IMG/VR virus record: IMGVR_UViG_3300031801_001562
DNA length: 64,000 nucleotides
DNA from: a virus
Lineage: Duplodnaviria; Caudoviricetes
Direction: 5' to 3' (one strand)
Below are positions 47,171-56,146 of the stretch, piece after piece. A program made the translations under genes and the position numbers. The notes under the pieces are model-generated. The model saw nothing but the letters and a program-made list of their open reading frames with translations. It searched no databases and had not been told where the DNA came from. Numbering within the stretch: position 1 is the stretch's first letter; every line of letters starts with the position of its first letter.

Positions 47171-47366
47171 AATTTTCTCCTATGTTAATCCCACAAATCT
47201 TTATCCCATTCTTTATTAAAGTGTTCGCGGGTAATATGTTTCTTATTTTTCTTTGTTTTTTTCCCGGCTTCATCCCGTGCTTTCATTCGCATAGCGCTAG
47301 CGCCACGTTCAAGAAAACTGGGGCCGTTCCATATGTTGCTAAAACTCATTTTCTCTCTCACATAGA

Positions 47367-47374
47367 TATTTATA
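47367..47374 (-). promoter_or_regulatory. T4-type late promoter (TATAAATA)
   Basis: Exact consensus heading the micro-ORFs and clpP. Confidence 0.7.
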
Positions 47375-47603
47375 AATCATAACTTCCTTGTCTATGTAAT
47401 TTCCGTTGGTGAGAACACTTAAAACAAAGTTGACCTGCTCCTTCAATATAACCAGATCTAAAAATTACATTATCTGTTTTTTTATATCGAGTAGCCGTTC
47501 CACAACGAACACAATATTCAGTTTCATCATTTTCTTCAACTAATTTAAACGGTGCCGACATAGGCATTCTAGTTGCGGTTATTTTTTCTTTTTTAATACC
47601 CAT
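47370..47603 (-). CDS. Small Zn-ribbon protein
   Basis: CVRC...CFKC. Confidence 0.55.
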   Translation of the reverse strand: MGIKKEKITATRMPMSAPFKLVEENDETEYCVRCGTATRYKKTDNVIFRSGYIEGAGQLCFKCSHQRKLHRQGSYDL

Positions 47604-47806
47604 TTCGTTGTACTCCCGTGCTGAATATAATCACATTTTTCGTTTAACTGTTTCATGGCTAAACCAAACGGACAAGGTATTTCTGTATGGTAAGCACAAG
47701 ATGTAATTAACAAAAAAATCACTGCGCTTAAAACCCGTGAGGTTGTCCCCAATGTTGTATGATAGCATTGACCCATAGAATATATATTAAATTTTTCCAT
47801 AACCAA
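47579..47806 (-). CDS. Small putative lipoprotein/membrane protein
   Basis: Hydrophobic stretch ending ITSC. Confidence 0.4.
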   Translation of the reverse strand: MVMEKFNIYSMGQCYHTTLGTTSRVLSAVIFLLITSCAYHTEIPCPFGLAMKQLNEKCDYIQHGSTTKWVLKKKK

Positions 47807-47813
47807 TATTCTA

Positions 47814-48044
47814 TCATTTTAATTGGACTTTCTTTTTTACCAAGCTCTCAAATACATTAAATAATTTCTTGCATCTAATATCGTGTAATTCACTTAAACC
47901 GATCAGAACATTCGCAATATCATCTTCTGTCATTGGGTCTGGATCATCCATCATACGGCTAGTTATCGCATTTAGATCGTCTTTCGTATTCCAAACGCTC
48001 ATGATTTCTGCTTCTAAATTAAATCTATCATATTCTTGTACCAT
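47814..48044 (-). CDS. Hypothetical protein
   Basis: 76-aa ORF in a dense array. Confidence 0.55.
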   Translation of the reverse strand: MVQEYDRFNLEAEIMSVWNTKDDLNAITSRMMDDPDPMTEDDIANVLIGLSELHDIRCKKLFNVFESLVKKKVQLK

Positions 48045-48050
48045 ATGCTC

Positions 48051-48266
48051 TTACCACTTTCTAAAAGATTTTAATATTTTCATTCGTTTTTCTTTATATT
48101 CATCAAAGGTAGAAAAATTAAAAATACGAACTCCAAGATAAATTAATACAATCCCCAACAATGATGTATGCATATGAGGCCAAATAAAATATGCACCAAT
48201 AAGTATTGTAGTCAGAGAGAGTAACCACCCTCCAAGTTTCATCCATTCCATTTTCATTAATCCCAA
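48051..48266 (-). CDS. Small two-TM membrane protein
   Basis: Two hydrophobic helices and a basic tail. Confidence 0.55.
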   Translation of the reverse strand: MGLMKMEWMKLGGWLLSLTTILIGAYFIWPHMHTSLLGIVLIYLGVRIFNFSTFDEYKEKRMKILKSFRKW

Positions 48267-48772
48267 AGCCCATTATAATATTTTCCGAACAACTTAAATC
48301 CTTTAGTTATCCGATCTTGATATTTTTCTCTGCCTTCTACATCATATTCACGAGTATGGTTTGGACCATATTCCCATGTGAACAATGGTTCACCTTCTTC
48401 ATCTTTCTTATTAGGGATTTCAACAAATGATACATCATTTTCTCCTGACGCAAATTCATCTTCCCAATCTTCCAATTTAGATTGAAACGCAAAAATCATC
48501 TGATCCATTACATAATCCCAACGAGTAAAATAATGTTTATCAGACTCTCCGCCATCCCAGTGTTCTTTTAGTTCTTCTTCTGTTGCCTGAAGAAACTTTG
48601 GTACATCTTCATTATCTACAAAAGGTGCTCCTTGCTTAACTTCTTTGAGCCTCTTTAGTAGTGGTACAATAATATGTGCGAGTGTTATGTCAACATTCCA
48701 AGTATCGTAATCATGAATTTTAATTGTTTCTGCCCTATTTTTTCTGGCAGGGCTTCCAAGTTTTACATACAT
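48257..48772 (-). CDS. Conserved phage hypothetical protein
   Basis: DTWNVDITLAHIIVPLLKRLKE...RWDYVMDQMIFAF...GFKLFGKYY..LWD pattern. Confidence 0.65.
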   Translation of the reverse strand: MYVKLGSPARKNRAETIKIHDYDTWNVDITLAHIIVPLLKRLKEVKQGAPFVDNEDVPKFLQATEEELKEHWDGGESDKHYFTRWDYVMDQMIFAFQSKLEDWEDEFASGENDVSFVEIPNKKDEEGEPLFTWEYGPNHTREYDVEGREKYQDRITKGFKLFGKYYNGLWD

Positions 48773-48778
48773 ATAATT

Positions 48779-49009
48779 TTATTGGGGAAATTGTAATCCA
48801 TTTTCTTCCATCATCTCATGCAATTGATTTCGAAGAAATTCTAATTCTTCTTTTGCACTAGACGTTTCAAGTTTTTCAGATTGATATTTGAGTCTGTTTC
48901 GGATATACTGCTCTATGTCCCATGCCAAGATAGACCAATCCATTGCTTTCGATGCAACTTCAAACTCCTCCTTATCTTCTGGTAAATCAAATTCTAGTAT
49001 TGCTTTCAT
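48779..49009 (-). CDS. Conserved phage hypothetical protein
   Basis: MKAILEFDLPED pattern. Confidence 0.6.
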   Translation of the reverse strand: MKAILEFDLPEDKEEFEVASKAMDWSILAWDIEQYIRNRLKYQSEKLETSSAKEELEFLRNQLHEMMEENGLQFPQ

Positions 49010-49011
49010 AA

Positions 49012-49356
49012 TTAGTTTTCAGTTAATTCGAACTCCCATCTTTCAACACGTTCTTTGGAAGTTTCTATATTGTTTCCTAAAAGATCCGTTGGATATCCTA
49101 TGGCTCTTTTCATTTCTAATTCTTCTGTCTGATCCAAAAATTCATCCCGCACTGATTTATATTGCCAATCAAAATCTTTATCGTTTTGATTATAGATCCA
49201 GCGCCAACCTTGGTTCCAATGTTCCACACAAAACTTTCCTGATTGAATATATTTAACTTTAACTATATTCCCAAGTTGATTTAAAGCAGCGCCTCCTAGT
49301 CTTGTCTTTGGTGTTAATACTAAAACGTCTCCGTTTTTCATTCTGCTCCCTCCCAT
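49012..49356 (-). CDS. Hypothetical protein
   Basis: ORF track; true start is probably MKNGDV. Confidence 0.5.
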   Translation of the reverse strand: MGGSRMKNGDVLVLTPKTRLGGAALNQLGNIVKVKYIQSGKFCVEHWNQGWRWIYNQNDKDFDWQYKSVRDEFLDQTEELEMKRAIGYPTDLLGNNIETSKERVERWEFELTEN

Positions 49357-49517
49357 TCTCTTACTGCTTTACCGGCTTCTACAATAGTGTAAAAAAATTC
49401 ACCACTCATTTCGAGCCCATCTTCAAATCTTCGTACCATGTATTCACCTCTGGTAGGGGAACCTAAAACTAATTCACCTTTTTCTAAAATTTCAACTGTT
49501 GCTGTTTTCTTTTTCAT
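49338..49517 (-). CDS. 59-aa hypothetical protein (below the ORF-track size cutoff)
   Basis: MKKKTATVEILEKGELVLG...; ATGA overlaps at both ends. Confidence 0.55.
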   Translation of the reverse strand: MKKKTATVEILEKGELVLGSPTRGEYMVRRFEDGLEMSGEFFYTIVEAGKAVREWEGAE

Positions 49518-49930
49518 AATCCCTCATATCTACTTTTTAAATCACATGTTAACCAGACTGATCCTTCTCCGTCTTTACCTCTATATGTTCTTATAGGATA
49601 TTCTAAGTAATCTGGACCAAAATGGAAATCTTTAGTTGGTGGGTTGTCTTGATGATCTAAGTGTTGTGAACCGAATCTACTTTCTCCTGTACCACCTTCA
49701 TAGAAATTCCAACACTCTACTTCACTAGTAAATTCTTTATCTATTACTCTAACAACAGGATTCCAAGTCAAGACTACTGCGACCCATGTTGTATCATCAC
49801 TAGCATTTGCTGTTTTATTTTGTTGTTCTTCAGCGGGTGTGGTTGCTGTTGAGTCTTCGGCTTCTGCAGTATCTGCACATCCGTTAAGACTTAGTGCTGC
49901 CACCAATATGACTATAATATTCTTTAACAT
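49514..49930 (-). CDS. Putative lipoprotein
   Basis: MLKNIIVILVAALSLNGC lipobox. Confidence 0.6.
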   Translation of the reverse strand: MLKNIIVILVAALSLNGCADTAEAEDSTATTPAEEQQNKTANASDDTTWVAVVLTWNPVVRVIDKEFTSEVECWNFYEGGTGESRFGSQHLDHQDNPPTKDFHFGPDYLEYPIRTYRGKDGEGSVWLTCDLKSRYEGL

Positions 49931-50147
49931 GTTCCGATGCTTCTTCTGAGGTATCATATAAAGATACTCTTTTTGTTTTCTTTCTCTCAGAATATTCTTT
50001 AAGAGAAATTAGTGAGCTAGCAACTTCTTTCATACCAATACATTCTTCATCAAATTCTGTTACTACATATTTATGTTTACCAAATTTATTTTTACCACTA
50101 CCTTTTAAAATTTGAATAGTTACTGTTTTCAAATGAGGCCCCACCAA
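49884..50147 (-). CDS. Hypothetical protein
   Basis: ORF track; start uncertain. Confidence 0.4.
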   Translation of the reverse strand: MVGPHLKTVTIQILKGSGKNKFGKHKYVVTEFDEECIGMKEVASSLISLKEYSERKKTKRVSLYDTSEEASEHVKEYYSHIGGSTKS

Positions 50148-50421
50148 TTATTATAATGCCCCGAAAAAAATATATTTGTCCATCATCGCCCAGGCTGTAT
50201 CTGGCAACTCTATCCATCTACAAAAATCTATAAAGTTACTATTAACAAAATAATACCACTCTGCGCTAACAAAACTGAATGCGTAACCTAATATAAATCC
50301 TAAAAAGATATATTTAAACATAAGCTATTTTAAAACTATCCAAGTCCAGGCTAGTATCATAAAGATAAATCCCAAGTAAGCAGCAACACCTCCTAAAAAA
50401 TATAATATATCATAAACCATA

Positions 50422-50634
50422 TTACCTCAATCCTGACCAATTCATAACTGGATCATTATACATTTCTTCCTGTTCACGGCAGTAATGATAAAATCTCATA
50501 TCCTGTGCATCCAGGTCTGCTTGAAACTCTTCTTCAGAATCCGGCATAAACATGTCCTCCATAGATTCTTCTGCAACCTTTCTTGCTATATTATCTACCA
50601 TTCCATCACTCCAAAGATAGGTTAAATTACTCAT
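50422..50634 (-). CDS. Hypothetical acidic protein
   Basis: 70-aa coupled ORF. Confidence 0.5.
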   Translation of the reverse strand: MSNLTYLWSDGMVDNIARKVAEESMEDMFMPDSEEEFQADLDAQDMRFYHYCREQEEMYNDPVMNWSGLR

Positions 50635-50805
50635 ATTATTTTTGTATTTTTAATTGTTGTTTGAGCTCTTTCTATTTTTTTCTTTAATAGTTTTTTCTCA
50701 TTATCATCTTTACAAGATTTTAGCTTCTCTTCGTATACAAGAATAGATGCTTCTGTTCGTTTGATTGCGCCTTCTTGGCGAGCTTGTTTTCCGTGTTGTT
50801 TCATT

Positions 50806-51183
50806 TTACCAACCTCTTAAATAAATATAACATCCTTGTTCATTACGCGTCGCCCATGCATTTACTCCCGTCATGGCACATTTTTCGAATTTTATTAAAG
50901 ACGCCGTAGAAGCATTTGGAAATCTTATGTGTACATTCTCAGCTGTCTCTTCTTTAAGTGTATGTATAACTTCATAGACACCTACAAATTTCTTTGGTTC
51001 TTCTTCATGTGTATGTGTAACTTCTCGTCTTTCCATTACACAATCTGGACATTCGCCAGTTTTCGTATCCACCCAACACCCAGATATTGCGGGACAAACC
51101 TCTTCTGTCACATACTCATCTCCTGTTAGTGCTGTTGAACCCAAAAATATAATAAACCATAATGTAATAACTAAATGTTTCAT
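50806..51183 (-). CDS. Putative secreted small protein
   Basis: Signal-peptide-like N-terminus; CPxxxGC...CPDC. Confidence 0.5.
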   Translation of the reverse strand: MKHLVITLWFIIFLGSTALTGDEYVTEEVCPAISGCWVDTKTGECPDCVMERREVTHTHEEEPKKFVGVYEVIHTLKEETAENVHIRFPNASTASLIKFEKCAMTGVNAWATRNEQGCYIYLRGW

Positions 51184-51189
51184 AGTATA

Positions 51190-51555
51190 TTATTTTCCTT
51201 TGTAAACGTAGAATTTGGAACTATTGAAATGATCAAGAGGAATCTTAGGATCTCCTGGTTCCATCATCGAATAACAAGTATCGCATGGTTTTTTCCCTTG
51301 CTTCTTCAGTGAATTTCTTAGAGCTTGAAGAAAACTATCCACTTCTTCATCGACTATTTCTTGTGCATCTTGTTCTGATGTGGTAAACAACGATACGAGC
51401 TGCTTCTTGCCCCACTCAAAAAAACTGGTTTCAGCAAATACCGGCTTCGCACCAAAGACACTCGCTCCGAGTGCTATTGATAAAAATAATATAGTTAATT
51501 TTTTCATGATATTCTCTCTCAATTTTATAATACAAAAAATATAATCATAGCCCAA
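51190..51555 (-). CDS. Putative secreted small protein
   Basis: Signal peptide MKKLTILFLSIALGA...; CxxC; first gene after an early promoter. Confidence 0.5.
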   Translation of the reverse strand: MGYDYIFCIIKLRENIMKKLTILFLSIALGASVFGAKPVFAETSFFEWGKKQLVSLFTTSEQDAQEIVDEEVDSFLQALRNSLKKQGKKPCDTCYSMMEPGDPKIPLDHFNSSKFYVYKGK

Positions 51556-51666
51556 GTTCCAGCGAACATCGCTACGGTTCCAACAAATCTAACAATTTCT
51601 GTTAGTATAATTCTTTTCGACATATCTCTCTCCATAATTTAAGTTATTATTTTATTCTCTACTTAT

Positions 51667-51695
51667 ATTATAACATATCTAGCTCAACATGTCAA
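51667..51695 (-). promoter_or_regulatory. sigma70-type early promoter
   Basis: TTGACA-17 nt-TATAAT; identical to 34827-34855. Confidence 0.85.
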
Positions 51696-51708
51696 CGTTT
51701 TTGTTTCG

Positions 51709-51750
51709 CAATAATAACAATCGGTTACTAGAATCTCGTTGAAATCATTA
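51709..51750. promoter_or_regulatory. Palindromic operator-like element, copy 3
   Basis: Arms caataataacaatcggttac / gaatctcgttgaaatcatta. Confidence 0.55.
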
Positions 51751-51778
51751 AGAAACAAAATTGAAAATAATTGAGCGA

Positions 51779-52312
51779 TCAATTCACTGCGATCAAATTT
51801 TTAGCAGGAACTGGAATTTTATCAATAGATCCGGTGACATAATGAAGAAGCAATTGGATTTGATAGATTCCATCAAAGGATTCTCGCCAATGTTCATACC
51901 TCTTCTCTTTTTGATCATAGAGTAAAGCATCCCCTACATCGCAATGAATGGGTGAATTGTCGATATATAAAGGCCAAGTAGTCCCTTGATAGCTATCACC
52001 GTAAAGGTGACCTGTATGTATAGTAATAGAAATTTCGCAAGCATCGGTATCTATGTGTTTGTGTAAGTTGTGACCGTTCTCATAAACAATATAGAACGAA
52101 TATGATGGATGAATATCTTCTTTAAAATATTTTTGTACTCGTTCCCGGAAACTATATAAACAAGCTTCTGCGAATGGATCTTTATAAACACCATGAGTGT
52201 TAGGAAGTTCTTTTCCATATGATTTAAAATTATCTAATCGTTCTCTTAGCGCATAAGTTGTAAAACTCTGACATAAATCTTCACCAAGAAAGCCCTTTAA
52301 TACATGTAACAT
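51779..52312 (-). CDS. 2OG-Fe(II) oxygenase
   Basis: LHKHIDTDACEISITI (HxD), GDALLY, EHWRE. Confidence 0.8.
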   Translation of the reverse strand: MLHVLKGFLGEDLCQSFTTYALRERLDNFKSYGKELPNTHGVYKDPFAEACLYSFRERVQKYFKEDIHPSYSFYIVYENGHNLHKHIDTDACEISITIHTGHLYGDSYQGTTWPLYIDNSPIHCDVGDALLYDQKEKRYEHWRESFDGIYQIQLLLHYVTGSIDKIPVPAKNLIAVN

Positions 52313-53007
52313 TCTTTAATCCGGTCTAATCTATTACAGGGTCTATATAAATCACCTGTCCAAAAATCTCTAAGATCAAAATTATGTCCCTTCCATGGCA
52401 TTGTTTGATTAAAATAACATATAGTAGGAACTTTCATTAATCTAGATAAATGAGCTATACCACCTTCAGAGCAAATACTAAAAGAACAATTCTTTAATAT
52501 AGATTGTACCAAATAACTATACTGTTCAAAATCATAATCTATATCATATAACGTTTCGCCAGCAGATTTTTTAAAACTAGGAATCAATACAATTTTATAT
52601 CCCCCCTCTTTGAGATCTTTAAATAATTTCTGTAAAGTATAATGACTTACAACTTTATCTTGATGATGAGGTGACTGCGAATGATGTTTTGTATATAACC
52701 ATATAGCACAAAACTTTTCATCACAGGAACTATGTAACACTTTAGCAGGCCAATACTCATGATCCTGTTGACTATATGGTGTTTCTTTTCTTTCTATATG
52801 CTCACCGAACTCATGTTTAATTAAAGGATTAGATTTAAAAAATTTAATAACCCTTTGTATTTGTCTATGTGTGCGAGGTTGTAAATGCCATTTTATAATA
52901 GTCGGTTCTTTGGCTTGTTGATATTCATATGATAAATGATTTATTATATCACCAAAACCAGTACCAAATCCCCTATGAGTCCAAAATTTATTAATTGTTT
53001 TCATCAT
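52297..53007 (-). CDS. GT-B (GT9-like) glycosyltransferase
   Basis: ICSEGGIAHLSRLMKVPTICYF resembles the GT9 D/E-S/G-G..H.A...P motif. Confidence 0.55.
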   Translation of the reverse strand: MMKTINKFWTHRGFGTGFGDIINHLSYEYQQAKEPTIIKWHLQPRTHRQIQRVIKFFKSNPLIKHEFGEHIERKETPYSQQDHEYWPAKVLHSSCDEKFCAIWLYTKHHSQSPHHQDKVVSHYTLQKLFKDLKEGGYKIVLIPSFKKSAGETLYDIDYDFEQYSYLVQSILKNCSFSICSEGGIAHLSRLMKVPTICYFNQTMPWKGHNFDLRDFWTGDLYRPCNRLDRIKECYMY

Positions 53008-53764
53008 CTACATTAATACATCCTACAATATGTATTCTACTTACCTTTCGCGATAAATTAATTCCTGAATGATATACCTCTGTATTCATTAAATGAACCT
53101 CTCCCGGATATATGTGGTATACTTCTTTATTACCTTCTATGTTTTCTATAAGATGAAAGCTATCACTATCACCACATAAAGGTATATGAATCCTCATACT
53201 GGGATCATGATGCCATGACAGACACGATTTAGGTTTTAATAACATCAATCGTGATCTATACATTTTTAATTCTTTAAGTAAATTATTAGTATAATTCATC
53301 TCCGGAAATAAAGGAATTATAAAATCCTGTTCATTATATCCTGCTTCTGCTATTTCTTTAAACTCTCTGGAACCAAAATAAACATCATCTTCTTTTCCCT
53401 CAGCTCCTTGAATCATGATTTGACATATACCCTCTGTTTTCCAGTCTTCTCCAACAACCTTTATCTCTTCAAGGATTTTATCAACATCAATATCATGTCT
53501 GAGAGGCATTGTTCGATTATCGCCTATGTCTGCTCGTAAAGTCATTCTTCCCCTAATATTCGAAAAGTGTTCACATTTTTTAGCAACTCCAGGAATCACT
53601 GGTAGTTTTATTTTTTTATTTCCTACAAAAATTCTATATTGATTTTTTTCATTTCCACATCTTACTCCCTGACCTAAAGCAACCATCCAAGACATATATT
53701 CACAATTATAACAACATTCATAATCTTTAGGGATTTGATTTCTAGTATGTAAATTATATTCCAT
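52991..53764 (-). CDS. Aspartyl/asparaginyl beta-hydroxylase-like oxygenase with Cys-rich N-terminal part
   Basis: SRLMLLKP...WHHD...RIHIPL...HSGIN...RIHIVG; start uncertain. Confidence 0.65.
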   Translation of the reverse strand: MEYNLHTRNQIPKDYECCYNCEYMSWMVALGQGVRCGNEKNQYRIFVGNKKIKLPVIPGVAKKCEHFSNIRGRMTLRADIGDNRTMPLRHDIDVDKILEEIKVVGEDWKTEGICQIMIQGAEGKEDDVYFGSREFKEIAEAGYNEQDFIIPLFPEMNYTNNLLKELKMYRSRLMLLKPKSCLSWHHDPSMRIHIPLCGDSDSFHLIENIEGNKEVYHIYPGEVHLMNTEVYHSGINLSRKVSRIHIVGCINVDDENN

Positions 53765-53838
53765 GGAGTTGCCGACAGGAGTCGAACCTGCATAAAACGG
53801 GGTTGCAATCCGTTGCCTTGCCTTTCAGCCACGGCAAC
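53764..53838 (-). tRNA. tRNA-Cys(GCA)
   Basis: Acceptor GTTGCCG/CGGCAAC+T+CCA, loop TTGCAAC, GGTTCGACTCC T arm. Confidence 0.92.
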
Positions 53839-53846
53839 ATTTATTT

Positions 53847-54170
53847 TTAAATTTCTTCTACTGTTACCATTAAAGGAAATTGATTTTCTTTTGCATGCAT
53901 CATTGATTCATATACTTTTGTTTCTGCTAACTCAAATGAATAAATGCCTGCTACACCTTTTCCTTTTTGATGAACATTCAACATTATAGCTTCTGCTGCT
54001 GCTTCCGAATGATTAAAAATTATTTGTAGTAGATATACTACAAATTCCATTGGGGTAAAATCATCGTTGTGGAAAACTACTTGATATTTATTTGGAGCTT
54101 TCAGTTTTTGTTTAGACTTCTTCTTTTCCGCTACCGTCGTTTCCTGATCGTCCAATTCCTCCGAATCCAT
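53847..54170 (-). CDS. clpS: Clp protease adaptor ClpS
   Basis: YQVVFHNDDFTPMEFVV...MLNVHQKGKGVAGIYSFELAETKV. Confidence 0.93.
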   Translation of the reverse strand: MDSEELDDQETTVAEKKKSKQKLKAPNKYQVVFHNDDFTPMEFVVYLLQIIFNHSEAAAEAIMLNVHQKGKGVAGIYSFELAETKVYESMMHAKENQFPLMVTVEEI

Positions 54171-54172
54171 CT

Positions 54173-54544
54173 TTATACCATATCATATCGGGGTGATTCG
54201 TCATCGAATCGAGATTCATCGCCTAGATCAATTTCACAGATCTGTTTAATTAATTCAGCTTCTACTTTCTTATACTCTTCTGTTCCTGGCGTCAGGTGAA
54301 GTAGAGGTGAAGGGTTTTCCTTATTCCTTTGGATATCATCTAGATAATCTACACCTTCTTTTAAATGGTCATAAGGTCCTTCGAGTTTTCCTTCGAATTG
54401 CTTTAGGAATTCTTTCCGTTGTTTTTTGATGGCCCTCTTTGTTAGTTTCTTTATCTCTTTTTTAGTAGGCATTGTAGGTGTCTCCCTTGAATTGTTCTCT
54501 TTAGGATTTATAATATCCATCTGAAAGATAATAGATAAGAGCAT
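54173..54544 (-). CDS. Hypothetical protein
   Basis: ORF track; true start is probably MPTKKE. Confidence 0.45.
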   Translation of the reverse strand: MLLSIIFQMDIINPKENNSRETPTMPTKKEIKKLTKRAIKKQRKEFLKQFEGKLEGPYDHLKEGVDYLDDIQRNKENPSPLLHLTPGTEEYKKVEAELIKQICEIDLGDESRFDDESPRYDMV

Positions 54545-54654
54545 CGATCAAATCGGGATCACCCCAAGCTGATGCTGTCCATATTACTAACAAAACCATA
54601 AACAAAAATCCATACATAGAATCATTCTCCTCATTCATATTTTTTTCTTATTTT

Positions 54655-54730
54655 TGGTAGGCGATATTGGAATCGAACCAATGACCTGATGCTTGTAAAA
54701 CACCTGCTCTCCCAACTGAGCTAATCGCCT
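54655..54730 (-). tRNA. tRNA-Val(TAC)
   Basis: Acceptor AGGCGAT/ATCGCCT+A+CCA, loop TTTACAA. Confidence 0.93.
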
Positions 54731-54733
54731 ATG

Positions 54734-54817
54734 TGGTGGGGAGAGATGGAGTCGAACCATCACAGCCTCAGGCGGCAGATTTACAGTCTGTTGAGCTCAC
54801 CAATGCACAGCCTCCCC
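54734..54817 (-). tRNA. tRNA-Tyr(GTA)
   Basis: Loop CTGTAAA, long variable arm, GGTTCGACTCC, encoded ACCA. Confidence 0.92.
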
Positions 54818-56146
54818 ATTAAGTATTTCTACTAACAAAGGATCTAAGTAATCTTTATAACTTTGATCCCTTACTTCATCTAAAATAATTATTTCCGTTT
54901 TCATTTTTTTAACATCACTGGTATTATTTTTTAATGCATTTTGTAATTGACCAACTAAATTATGAATATTAAATCTATACCACTTCTTATATTCTTTCCC
55001 TCTTATAGTTGCGTGTACAGTATCAGATTGTGCAACGGTAGCTATTCCGGATTCAGTAATATCTATAATCCGATCAAGAGCAATCTCTAATAATTCCTTT
55101 GGCATATTCCTAATTGATGTTCCTCTATTATCTGGATACATTTCTGAAAAATGAATATACCAATCAGGAATTTTATAGTATGCACATTTATTACATATCC
55201 ATTCTATATAATCAGCAACATTTAAAATATTTAAAGATGACAATACCATATTAAAATATTGATGTTTAATATTAGTACATGTACTAAGATAATGATCTAA
55301 GCTTTCATTTAATTTTTTCCAATCAGAATTATGCCGGATATAATTATATGTTCCATGGGTGCCGTCTATGCTGAACGTATGTCCTTGCTCTTTGAAATTA
55401 TTTAAAATTTTTGATAATTCAGGAGTGAACTGTGTAGCATTAGTATGAAACTTTAAAATTGTATTTTTACTTGCTTCCGTTTCGACATATCGTTCTAATA
55501 CTTTAACTACTCTTCTATCATAAAATGGTTCTCCTCCAGAAGCTTTTAACATTGTTATCTTGTGTGTATTATTCAATAGCCAATCAATAACACTGTTATT
55601 ATCTTTATCATAGATAACACCTTTTATATCAGGCATTGCATTATTACTGACTCTCATGAAGGAATTATGTAAGCCCTTTGCCTTCATCTTCTCAACGTCT
55701 TTACCTAATTGATGAGATGAACCCACATTACACATTCTACAAGCTAAATTGCACAGGTTAGAAAGGGTTATATCAAACTCAAACAAACCTTCCTGATTGG
55801 GATGCGGGGGATCAGAAGAATCAGAACATTGTCTAAATGATTCTAAGCCATCTTCCTCCATCCTCCAACAAACGGTACATGCTTCATTCTTTATACCATT
55901 AGATAAATCATTTCTGAGTTTTTTAAAAGATTCATGATTAAATATTTCTTCTGGACTTAAACCTTTTAAAGAGCCATGGCCTAGGCTATGATGTTTAACG
56001 GAACCATCTTCTTCTGAAGTAACAGGGTTCATCATCATACAACAAGGAGTTACATTAATAGGATCTCTTCCATTTTTAGACCATTTCTTAAAAGTCATGG
56101 CATGAAATGGATAATGACAATATGTTGGATGTGTTTTAGGATTCAT
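54797..56146 (-). CDS. Radical SAM protein with SPASM/twitch-like Cys segments
   Basis: CNLACRMC (CxxxCxxC), SGGEPF, N-terminal YC...PCC...CxxCW. Confidence 0.88.
   Translation of the reverse strand: MNPKTHPTYCHYPFHAMTFKKWSKNGRDPINVTPCCMMMNPVTSEEDGSVKHHSLGHGSLKGLSPEEIFNHESFKKLRNDLSNGIKNEACTVCWRMEEDGLESFRQCSDSSDPPHPNQEGLFEFDITLSNLCNLACRMCNVGSSHQLGKDVEKMKAKGLHNSFMRVSNNAMPDIKGVIYDKDNNSVIDWLLNNTHKITMLKASGGEPFYDRRVVKVLERYVETEASKNTILKFHTNATQFTPELSKILNNFKEQGHTFSIDGTHGTYNYIRHNSDWKKLNESLDHYLSTCTNIKHQYFNMVLSSLNILNVADYIEWICNKCAYYKIPDWYIHFSEMYPDNRGTSIRNMPKELLEIALDRIIDITESGIATVAQSDTVHATIRGKEYKKWYRFNIHNLVGQLQNALKNNTSDVKKMKTEIIILDEVRDQSYKDYLDPLLVEILNGEAVHW

Noticed and set aside
47174-47349. Selenocysteine or TGA recoding in micro-ORF MSFSNIWNGPVFLNVALALCE*
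   Set aside because: The TGA overlaps the ATG of the next micro-ORF (ordinary ATGA coupling); no SECIS-like hairpin, and long genes show no sign of an alternative code
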